Source: an uncultured Acidobacteriota bacterium (lineage in GTDB: Bacteria > Acidobacteriota > Terriglobia > Acidiferrales > UBA7541). Taken from it: a stretch of 64,000 nt of DNA. This document shows, one piece after another, positions 29,135 to 38,372 of this stretch. The notes beneath the pieces are model-generated. The model had not been told where the DNA came from. It saw only the letters and a list, made by a program, of their open reading frames with translations, and did not search any database. A program made the translations under genes and the position numbers. Position 1 is the stretch's first letter, and the number at the start of each line of letters is the position of its first letter. Location: NCBI GenBank assembly GCA_963741045.1, contig CAVUGO010000006.1:72934-136933 (forward strand), read 5' to 3'.

Positions 29135-29419
29135 TTAGCCGGGCATCTTGGAGCCGTCAGTTGCGCAGCCCCCTTTGCCCTTGCACGAGTTCTTGCCCTT
29201 GCAGCCATTGTCACTCGACTTGCAGCCGCCCTTGCCTTTACAGGAATTCTGGCCTTTACAAGCGTGCTTTTCCTTCACCTTGGAATCGTCTTTCTGCGTG
29301 CTGAAGGTGTTGCCCTTCGCGCTCGACAGCGGATTGGACGCCTGAACCGTTACAGCAGTCCCGGCCAACAAACCAGCCAGCGCTGCTCCCGCTATCAAGC
29401 TCTTTTTGGACTTTGTCAT
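29135..29419 (-). CDS. bufA: RiPP precursor 2: paralogue of precursor 1
   Basis: Trimmed to ATG 29419, preceded by GGAGG. Sequence MTKSKKSLIAGAALAGLLAGTAVTVQA|SNPLSSAKGNTFSTQKDDSKVKEKHACKGQNSCKGKGGCKSSDNGCKGKNSCKGKGGCATDGSKMPG. All six Cys are conserved. Confidence 0.8.
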   Translation of the reverse strand: MTKSKKSLIAGAALAGLLAGTAVTVQASNPLSSAKGNTFSTQKDDSKVKEKHACKGQNSCKGKGGCKSSDNGCKGKNSCKGKGGCATDGSKMPG

Positions 29420-29553
29420 GTCTCTACCTCCGATAGATTTGGACTGCAACCGCCTGAAGCTAGTACGTCGTCCCAATGGTTTCGGTTTGGCTTACTGGTT
29501 GTTGAGACTGGGTTCGTTCCAAGCCCCGCGCACGGCGCGAGAAGCTGGCGGGG

Positions 29554-29583
29554 AGCATAATCCAGTTAGCAGGTCTGTAACAA
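29554..29583 (-). promoter_or_regulatory. Putative sigma70-type promoter of precursor 2
   Basis: Minus strand reads TTGTTA (29583-29578), an 18-nt spacer, then TATGCT (29559-29554). Confidence 0.4.
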
Positions 29584-29666
29584 TAGGTAAAGCACCGCAT
29601 GGCCGAGTACCAGACCAGCATAGAACTCGGTCGGCCGCAATCGCCGGCTTTTCGGGTCAGTATTGT

Positions 29667-30635
29667 TCAGGTCGCAGGCCAGGTCTGATTCAGAATCATC
29701 GCCAGGCGGAAGCCTGCCTTCGCGAGTTGCTCTTCGATGGTACGAGTTACGAAGGACTGATACGTCGGCCCCACCTTTTCCCTCAGCTTAAGCATTCTCT
29801 CGGCGATCTCGTCCGCATCGGCGCAGGTGCTCACGGGCTCGGGAGTTTCCACCGGGATCTTTCGATTCAGTGCTCCGTACGTCGCTTGTTCGGCCGCCTC
29901 GTGGCTTTCCCAGGCCCAATTATCAAAGTTGACGCCCTCCTCTTTCCACGTCGCGAATTGAGGCTTGAACCTCTTCTCGATAGTGGCGGCGAACTGCTCG
30001 ACGGTCTCGCCACCAGCGATGCGCTCGACGAGCTGTGTGTCCCAAACTCCGTGAAGATTCAATTGGTAGGTCTTAGTGATCTGATCGGTCTCCAGCGGCT
30101 TTTGGCCGAAGTACGTGACCGGGACGCAGTTCCCGCCGCGGTCGTTGTTCGTTGTGCAGTGCAGCGGCTGATGAATGTCCCCCGCGAAATGGATGATGAA
30201 CCGCAGCGCATTCGCTCGAGCAGTCGGATTGCTAGCCGGATCCTGAAGAATCTTCACCTGCTCGGCGAGAGCAAGCGTGATGCAGCTTTGCGTCGCGTCG
30301 CAAGTGAAGCTCCCCTTCTTGGATCCGCGAGGGATGTCAATGAAATGCCAGCCGGCGGTTTCGGGATGGGCTTTGCGGTAATCGTCGGCCCACGTTGCGG
30401 CGTCTTCCATTGGATCGGTTGCGATTGGCTTGCAGAAGCGGTCGAGCGTCGGGTCGACAGGATTGTCAGTGAGAATCTGATTCACCATCGCCAGCGCGTG
30501 AGGATTCAGGTTCTGCTTGGCGATGAGGGCGACCGTTTGATGGCCTTCGCAACCCCATGCGAGCGAGCGAGGGCAATGCAACAGAACAGAACCGAATACG
30601 AGAGCGACGAGAGTTGCGAAGCGAGCCCGATTCAG
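29667..30635 (-). CDS. Secreted S1/P1-family zinc nuclease
   Basis: Blocks WGCEGHQTVALIA, WHFIDIP, HFAGDIHQPLH and NLHGVWD. The ORF track starts at TTG 30581. I extend to in-frame CTG 30635 to recover a signal peptide (see findings). Confidence 0.8.
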   Translation of the reverse strand: MNRARFATLVALVFGSVLLHCPRSLAWGCEGHQTVALIAKQNLNPHALAMVNQILTDNPVDPTLDRFCKPIATDPMEDAATWADDYRKAHPETAGWHFIDIPRGSKKGSFTCDATQSCITLALAEQVKILQDPASNPTARANALRFIIHFAGDIHQPLHCTTNNDRGGNCVPVTYFGQKPLETDQITKTYQLNLHGVWDTQLVERIAGGETVEQFAATIEKRFKPQFATWKEEGVNFDNWAWESHEAAEQATYGALNRKIPVETPEPVSTCADADEIAERMLKLREKVGPTYQSFVTRTIEEQLAKAGFRLAMILNQTWPAT

Positions 30636-30935
30636 GTTAGCACCTCAGTTTGAATGCCCCAGTTGAGAACACAATGCCTCGCCATGAATTCTATTCGGTC
30701 GAGCGCGCGGAAAATAGCCTTCATTTGCGGCGAATCATCATAGATGCAGACTCTTGCCTTGGTGTCAGTCGCGGTGTCTGAAAACCCGGTTTTTCCGTGT
30801 ACGTGACGCGGTGCTTTTGGCGCGAGAAATCTACGCTGCCGACAGGCAATTCCCGCCAAGTATCGCGTTCGGGCACGGCCCTCCTGCGGCGGGTCCCAGA
30901 CATGCCGTGCCCCTACTGAAACCCCCGCCTTGCTG

Positions 30936-31436
30936 CTAATCCCAGGCGCCTAGGACGCGGCGTAGGAGAACTAGTTCGCCGATGTGATAGGCGTTGTGGT
31001 CGGCTGCTAGCAGTGCCTGGCGGAGAATCGTCTGGCCGTCGCCGTGGGAGATTTTCGCGAATAGGTCGGTGGATTCGTTGTTTATTAGATCGCAGAGAGC
31101 TTTGCGATCGGCCTGAAATGCGGCGGCGCTTTTCTCCCAGGCTTTTGCGTCAGGGGGTTCGGGCGATTTCGGCCAATAGCCCTCCGGGAATTCAGGCGAT
31201 TTGTGTTTGGCGTTGCGCGCGAATTCGAGAATATCCCATTGCGCGATGCGCAAGTGTTCGAGCATTTCCCACGGTGAGTGCGCCGCACCCTTCGGTCGTT
31301 TGCCTTGCAGATCAGCGGGCAGATCTTTCACGGCGGTTTCAAAATTCGCGTGGGCTTCGCTGTCGCTGAGGAGCTTCACGAGTTGTTCGCGGAGTGCTTT
31401 GTCCTGGTTGGTGCTGGTTGCCGTTGCGGTGGTCAT
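30936..31436 (-). CDS. DinB-family protein
   Basis: Trimmed to the SD-preceded ATG 31436. Contains HLRIAQWDILEFA and AADHNAYHIGELVLLRRVLG, the DinB/DinB_2 four-helix His motifs. Confidence 0.7.
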   Translation of the reverse strand: MTTATATSTNQDKALREQLVKLLSDSEAHANFETAVKDLPADLQGKRPKGAAHSPWEMLEHLRIAQWDILEFARNAKHKSPEFPEGYWPKSPEPPDAKAWEKSAAAFQADRKALCDLINNESTDLFAKISHGDGQTILRQALLAADHNAYHIGELVLLRRVLGAWD

Positions 31437-31548
31437 GTTTGTTCCTCCCTTTTTTCGATTGGATGATGGTGTCTTTCGATTCGATTGAACGAATTTCAGC
31501 GCCCTGGGCGACAGGAGGGCCGTGCCTCTACTGTCGAAACTCCTCGCG

Positions 31549-32097
31549 TTATTGCATGCGCTGGCAGCGGAATTCGCCCTCGAGTTTCCAGGTGGCACCA
31601 TCTGGATTCAGCGATTCGCCGATCCAGTGGAATGAGTTGGGCGTGATTTCGGTGAATCGCCAGCGCGTCGGCGTGCCGTCCATGCGTGCGCCGACCTGCA
31701 CGATTTCATTTCCGATGCGGCGGCCAGTTTGTTGTTCGTAATGATTCGTCACGGGATTGATCCAGCGGATGCGCCAGGCCTGGATGGACGCGTCCCAGAT
31801 GCGGAGGGTGGTGCCGTACATGTTGTTCGTTTTGGCGAGATTGGCATTGCGGTCCGATACCCGCGGCATGATCCAGACGTCTTGAATGGCGCGGCCTTCA
31901 AGCACCCAGCCGAAATGGACTTCGCCTTGGATGTGCAGCGGCGCGACGTCAGTGGCTGCGTAATGCAAGACCTCTAGATCCCAGCTGCCTACGAGCCACC
32001 CGTATACGTCGCTCTCTTCGGGAATTTCGGGCGATCTTCCGAGAGCTGCCAGAAGGCTGTAGAAATCGTGCTTCTGTGTTGCTGCACTTGCGGTCAT
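31549..32097 (-). CDS. Hypothetical protein (182 aa)
   Basis: Trimmed to the GAGGAGG-preceded ATG 32097. The 370-aa form in the ORF track has an Arg/Pro-rich N-terminus that is antisense to the AraC gene. Confidence 0.5.
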   Translation of the reverse strand: MTASAATQKHDFYSLLAALGRSPEIPEESDVYGWLVGSWDLEVLHYAATDVAPLHIQGEVHFGWVLEGRAIQDVWIMPRVSDRNANLAKTNNMYGTTLRIWDASIQAWRIRWINPVTNHYEQQTGRRIGNEIVQVGARMDGTPTRWRFTEITPNSFHWIGESLNPDGATWKLEGEFRCQRMQ

Positions 32098-32159
32098 TTT
32101 TGCGGCCTCCTCGAACGTCCGTCGTGTGCGATAGACTAAGCGGCAGTGGAGGCGGGGTC

Positions 32160-33134
32160 TTGGCAAAAATTGCGGTGGAATTGGAGCAGGCTTTGGCGCG
32201 GCGGGCTGCCGCGGGCGCCGCGGCCTGTCATCCGACGTGCCGCGTGCTGGCGCGAGGCGATGGTTGGGCTGTGCAGGATTTGATTTGCGCGTCTGGCCCG
32301 CAGGATCCGATTTTTGAAGAACGGCACGGCGGCGTAACGATCGCGATGGTGCTGGCTGGAACGTTTCAGTATCGCGGTTCGGCTTGTCAGAGTTTCGCGA
32401 ACGGGAGTTCGGCAAAAGTGAGATCGGCAAATGGCGCGATTCGCAACGAGCTGATGACGCCGGGTTCGCCGCTGCTGGGAAATGCCCGTCACAATTTTGA
32501 AGTGGGCCACGAACACGCTGCCGGCGACAGGTGCCTCTCGTTTCAATTTGCCCCGGAATATTTCGAGCGAATCGCGTCCGATGCGGGAGCGAAGAAACAC
32601 GAGCGTGGATTTCGCCTGCTGCGGCTGCCTCCGCTGCGCGAATTGTCGTCGCTGACTGCAAGGGCGCGCGCAGGTTTGGAGTATTCGGCAGATACGCCGT
32701 GGGAAGAGCTGAGCATTGAACTCGCCGCCGCGACCGTGCGAGCCGAACGCGGGATTTCGTCGCGCGCGGAGGACGCGCCGCCGAGTGCGATGGCGCGAGT
32801 GACGCGCAGCGTGCGTGCGATTGAGCGGCGTCCGGATGGCGCTTTGGAATTAAGCGGCCTGGCGCGCGAGGCAGGATTGAGCCCGTATCATTTTCTGCGC
32901 ACGTTCGAGCGCCTGACGGGAATTACGCCGCATCAATATGTGCGTCGAGCGCGCCTGCGCGATGCAGCATCGCGTCTTGCGGCGGAACGTAAAAGGGTGC
33001 TGGATATTGCGCTTGATTGCGGTTTCGGTGATGTGTCGAATTTCAATCGTGCATTTCGAACGGAGTTTGGCGTCAGCCCCAAAAACTTTCGACGAGACAA
33101 GTCTTCAAGGCCCGTTTCGACGTCACGCCGATAG
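32160..33134 (+). CDS. AraC-family transcriptional regulator
   Basis: C-terminal double HTH (SPYHFLRTFERLTGITPHQYVRRARL...ALDCGFGDVSNFNRAFRTEFGVSP). The start is probably TTG 32160 after GGAGG. Divergent from the 31549-32097 gene. Confidence 0.75.
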   Translation: MAKIAVELEQALARRAAAGAAACHPTCRVLARGDGWAVQDLICASGPQDPIFEERHGGVTIAMVLAGTFQYRGSACQSFANGSSAKVRSANGAIRNELMTPGSPLLGNARHNFEVGHEHAAGDRCLSFQFAPEYFERIASDAGAKKHERGFRLLRLPPLRELSSLTARARAGLEYSADTPWEELSIELAAATVRAERGISSRAEDAPPSAMARVTRSVRAIERRPDGALELSGLAREAGLSPYHFLRTFERLTGITPHQYVRRARLRDAASRLAAERKRVLDIALDCGFGDVSNFNRAFRTEFGVSPKNFRRDKSSRPVSTSRR

Positions 33135-33138
33135 TGAT

Positions 33139-33576
33139 TCAGCTATTGCCCCTGAACCACACTTGCCACGCAACGAGGCCAAGATAGCTCGTAGCAAGAA
33201 AAAGAAACAAGAGCGTCAGCAAGGTATGCCCCACGACGAACATCTTTCCCTTAGGCCAGTCCTCGTGGGAGAAGTAAAAAAAGTCCACCAGAATGCGCGC
33301 AGTCCAGTAAAAACCAATGAAGCAGGCCAATGCTAAGGCAGCGCGGTCCCCCCGCAGCAGTTCCCTGTGAAGCACCAGGGTGAGAGTCCCAAACACAAGG
33401 ATGGTCAACACCGTGAATCCGCTCTGCACCCAAAGCAGCTTACGATTGAAGGGCATTAGCGACCGCAAATCCTCTTTCCATCGCAAGCGGTAGGGCACCT
33501 GAAAGCTAGCGCACAAGATTACGAAGTGTCCGATTCCACACAGCCACATGCCGAGATCGAAAAATGATTTCGTCAT
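33139..33576 (-). CDS. Small integral membrane protein (4 TM), hypothetical
   Basis: ATG 33576 overlaps the stop of the upstream gene as ATGA. Hydrophobic throughout. Confidence 0.5.
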   Translation of the reverse strand: MTKSFFDLGMWLCGIGHFVILCASFQVPYRLRWKEDLRSLMPFNRKLLWVQSGFTVLTILVFGTLTLVLHRELLRGDRAALALACFIGFYWTARILVDFFYFSHEDWPKGKMFVVGHTLLTLLFLFLATSYLGLVAWQVWFRGNS

Positions 33577-34502
33577 AGGGCGCGAATCGCCTGCATAAAG
33601 GGAAGAATAACGCGCATTACGAACCAAGGATGAAAGAGCCAGAACACCGGCGCCGCAACGAACACTGCCATGAACAGCCAGCCGCGCGCTCCGTGCGCGA
33701 GACCGAGGCGTTTACCCCAGCGGGAATGTTCCATGGTGATTCCGGCACCTTGAAGCAGGAAATATCCGGTCGGGAGTCCGTACCCTCCACGAGCAGGCAA
33801 TGAGATCACCAGGTCATGAACAAGTCCAGATACCAGAAACACGATCATCCCCGCAGCTTCCACGCCCAAAGATCGATGCAACGGACGGAAGATCAACTCG
33901 TAGCCCAACTGACGAAAGCCGAGGTTCCAACGCTTTCCCCAAAACTCTGCGAGCGATGTCGCTCGAAGCGGGGCGGACATAATTGATTTCGCGTTCACGC
34001 CGGCGGCCTGCCACATCAGCGCGACGATTTGAAAGGTCCCGAAATGCAGAAGCAGAACCAAGCCAGCCATGCCTGTCCATCCACGAAGAAGGGGCTGGCT
34101 CGCCGGTAGAGAGCGCGCGACGACCCAAAGCATGGTCGCACCTAATGCAGTCTCAAGCGTTGCCCAGAACCATGCTGTCGCCGGAGGACGCGTGACGCGC
34201 CTGCTCGGATTCAGGAATTCATCTGCATCCATTCCCGGCCAAGCGAGAAGATATGCCGCAGAGCGCCATCCTGCATGCGCCTCTTGATCCGTCGCTCTCC
34301 ACCACGTGAGCCATTTCAAACTGATGAAGATCGCGAACGAAAGAATCCACATGAACACCCAGGCTGGCCAGAGGTTGCGAAGTGCTATGGCCGTCGCAGG
34401 CAAGACCAAGAGAGGAAGCCATCCGACCCACGCGGAGCGCTGTTCTCTCGGGCGCATCGCCGGTTGAATTTCGTCCGCCGTTTTTTCGGTTAAGGTATTC
34501 AC
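33573..34502 (-). CDS. MBOAT_2 / wax-synthase-like membrane acyltransferase family protein
   Basis: Polytopic protein with SLAEFWGKRWNLGFRQL and FLVSGLVHD (conserved His) blocks. GTGA overlap with the upstream gene. Confidence 0.6.
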   Translation of the reverse strand: MNTLTEKTADEIQPAMRPREQRSAWVGWLPLLVLPATAIALRNLWPAWVFMWILSFAIFISLKWLTWWRATDQEAHAGWRSAAYLLAWPGMDADEFLNPSRRVTRPPATAWFWATLETALGATMLWVVARSLPASQPLLRGWTGMAGLVLLLHFGTFQIVALMWQAAGVNAKSIMSAPLRATSLAEFWGKRWNLGFRQLGYELIFRPLHRSLGVEAAGMIVFLVSGLVHDLVISLPARGGYGLPTGYFLLQGAGITMEHSRWGKRLGLAHGARGWLFMAVFVAAPVFWLFHPWFVMRVILPFMQAIRAL

Positions 34503-36022
34503 TTCTCTGCCGAAAGCCGAACTTCATAAACGGTCGGCAATGAATCCGAGTTTGTGCGCACGAAGCTCCGCACCAGCTCTGTGCGGGAAAAATGACCGAG
34601 ACTCAAGAGCCGGATGCATTCGTCCGTGGCGCAACTTTCCCACGAGGTGCGCCTTCCCCATGGGAAGCAACTCGCCTCGATTACGCGCACCGAGAGTTGG
34701 TCCTGAATACCCGATTCTATTTGCTCGCGCAGCCATCGCAAATAATCGAGTTTTTCCGCGAGGGCGGCTTTGGGATCTTCCCGGACGACCACGCCCGGAA
34801 AGTCAGGGATGTCACGCCGCAACGTGTGAATATGACCGTGTCCCTCGACCAGAATCTCGATGTCGAGCTCCATCAGCCGTTCGAGACTGGCAAGCCATTT
34901 CCGGCTATCTACGTCCGGATTAGGGGTTGCAAAATAGCTGCCCATGAAAGCATCACCCGCCAGCAGCAATTTCTCTTTGGGATCGTACAGAACAATGTGG
35001 TCGTCGCAATGGCCTGGGGCTGCTATGACGAGCAATCTGCCGGATGCGGTCTCTACGCTACTTCCCATGAGACGATATGGCTGCGCCAGGTTTGGAGGTT
35101 GTCCGATAATTGCCGCGCGAACCCAGGGAAGTTTTTTGAATGGAGTCAGGAACTGGGCCGTCATCTCCGAAACATAGATTGGCGCGGCGGTCTTCGTGGC
35201 GAGCCAATTGAGATTGCCAACGTGTTCCTCGTGCGCGTGGGTAGCTACTATCCCAATGATTTTATCGTTGCCTCGCGCGAGATGGCGTTTGAGTGATCCT
35301 CGCATCTTCGGCGAGCCGGGGTCGACAGCGAGCCCGTCATACAACACGGTTGTGAACAGCTCGCCGAAGAGAAGCGGAACCGCATTCGGCAAGAAGCCAT
35401 TTAAAAACAGAATGCTTAGCTTGCCATCGAGCAAATCGAGTCGCTTGCGGTAAGTTCTGATGAAGACGCTGGCCCTTTCTGCTGCTGCTTTAAGACCAGA
35501 CCACATCACCAGCGGCAGCCTTATGAAAAAACCCAGCGTGTAGCACGACCAGAACGCTCCCGCGCGCGCTTGCCGCCGAACCGCCTCCGGTTTTGCAATG
35601 CGACACGATCCACCCCGGCATTTGCTCAGCGAATATCTGTTTGTGGCCACGAATCCGTAGAGCAGCCGTCCCAAATTTCGGAATGGAAAACGTTGCCCCA
35701 GTACACCAACGAGCCATGTCAGCGGACACAGCCGAGCTAGAGACGCGACAGCGTCCCAGCCGACGCGAATTTCTCCTTCGGGCGTGACCACGTGCATCTG
35801 CCGGAGGCAATTTTGCAGTTTGAGTCGCGAGTCCACTGATGCCAAGACGTCTTCACGAATGGGAAGGCAGATTGTTTTTCTGTTGCGATCCAGAACTTTC
35901 AGCCATGCGACACATGCCTGGCAAATTTCGCACTGGTCGTCGTAGAGGACTCGGTACAGCTTCTTCCGCGTGCGAAGGTCTTCGGCGGATTTATCCAGGA
36001 CGGCTACTGAGTGGTGAGCCAT
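34499..36022 (-). CDS. Fusion protein: DCC-family (DUF393) thiol-disulfide oxidoreductase + TM region + MBL-fold metallo-hydrolase
   Basis: N-terminus YDDQCEICQACVAWLKVLD (DCC CxxC). C-terminus VATHAHEEHVGN, APGHCDDH and EGHGH, the metallo-beta-lactamase metal ligand blocks. Confidence 0.65.
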   Translation of the reverse strand: MAHHSVAVLDKSAEDLRTRKKLYRVLYDDQCEICQACVAWLKVLDRNRKTICLPIREDVLASVDSRLKLQNCLRQMHVVTPEGEIRVGWDAVASLARLCPLTWLVGVLGQRFPFRNLGRLLYGFVATNRYSLSKCRGGSCRIAKPEAVRRQARAGAFWSCYTLGFFIRLPLVMWSGLKAAAERASVFIRTYRKRLDLLDGKLSILFLNGFLPNAVPLLFGELFTTVLYDGLAVDPGSPKMRGSLKRHLARGNDKIIGIVATHAHEEHVGNLNWLATKTAAPIYVSEMTAQFLTPFKKLPWVRAAIIGQPPNLAQPYRLMGSSVETASGRLLVIAAPGHCDDHIVLYDPKEKLLLAGDAFMGSYFATPNPDVDSRKWLASLERLMELDIEILVEGHGHIHTLRRDIPDFPGVVVREDPKAALAEKLDYLRWLREQIESGIQDQLSVRVIEASCFPWGRRTSWESCATDECIRLLSLGHFSRTELVRSFVRTNSDSLPTVYEVRLSAEK

Positions 36023-36383
36023 AGCTGTTTATGCTTCAGTCTGACACAGGTTGGCGAGATCGTGGGGGAAGGTGCGGTGAACGATTGCGCAAAGAGAGCA
36101 AATTCGCGACGGCAAGGAACGTGGGGCGCGGCGGAGCCAAGCATCACGGCTTGCGTTGTGTTTTTGTTTCGGTGGCGCAGGCTTGAGGCCTACTGAAGTA
36201 CCAAGACAAAGGCGCCGGCCGGAGGCCAGCGGTACGAAGGGCAAGGGCGAAAGAACGAAAGGGCGATCGAGGCAAGCTCAATAATGCGTGGCGTGTTGGT
36301 GCGTGGGCACGGGCAGGAATGCCTGTGCTACTGGGGTTAACCAGAAATTCACAAGTTGCTGAATTTTCAACAGGGATTAATGC

Positions 36384-36412
36384 TTGACACTATGAGGGTG
36401 CTTCGGTATCAT
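36384..36412 (+). promoter_or_regulatory. rRNA promoter (sigma70 consensus-like)
   Basis: TTGACA (36384-36389), a 17-nt spacer, then TATCAT (36407-36412). An AT-rich stretch lies upstream (aaattcacaagttgctgaattttcaac). About 200 nt upstream of the mature 16S 5' end. Confidence 0.7.
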
Positions 36413-36610
36413 GGCGGTTCGTCTGTAGTCCTTCCAGTTGACCTGGGATGACCTGCTCTTTGACAATCGGATGATACATGCCAGAACCCGTTTGGTTTCT
36501 CTCTTGTTTCGGGTGTACCGGGACAAGGGAATATTGAGATAACCGAGCGATTTAACAGTTCGTTCCGATCCGTGGCGATGCAAATCGAGACGGTCGAAAC
36601 ATCAGGTTTC

Positions 36611-38144
<1,534 letters not shown>

Positions 38145-38316
38145 AAAAGAAAAGGGAGTACGAACCGCCTCTGGCGGTTACGGCTCTCCACTCGGTCTAA
38201 CTGACCGGGCGTTCGGTTCTCAGCCGAACGGGTTCTGGCAAGTCTCATCCGATCTCCCCTTTGGCCGCGCGAGCGGTTTGAAGGGCTGTTAAAGAGCAAT
38301 CAGACAAACGCGAGAA

Positions 38317-38355
38317 GGCCCGATTCAATGCGAGTTGGATCGGGCCTTTTTATTT
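38317..38355 (+). terminator. Intrinsic terminator after the 16S trailer
   Basis: ggcccgat-N14-atcgggcc followed by tttttattt. Confidence 0.7.
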
Positions 38356-38372
38356 GGCGCGCTCAAACGCTA

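Larger units (their letters stand above)
29135..29583 (-). repeat. Tandem duplication unit, copy 2
   Basis: See copy 1. Confidence 0.8.

Noticed and set aside
29406-30653. 415-aa ORF on the + strand
   Set aside because: Antisense to the S1/P1 nuclease, whose conserved blocks are unambiguous. It also runs through the precursor 2 upstream region.
32098-32661. N-terminal 188 residues of the 370-aa minus-strand ORF
   Set aside because: The sequence is Arg/Pro-rich and low-complexity, and antisense to the AraC regulator. An SD-preceded ATG at 32097 gives a compact 182-aa protein.
38145-38372. Looked for an ITS with tRNA-Ile/tRNA-Ala and the 5' end of 23S rRNA after the 16S
   Set aside because: No cloverleaf and no 23S 5' consensus are present. 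Instead the segment contains the processing-helix arm and a terminator, followed by a convergent CDS.
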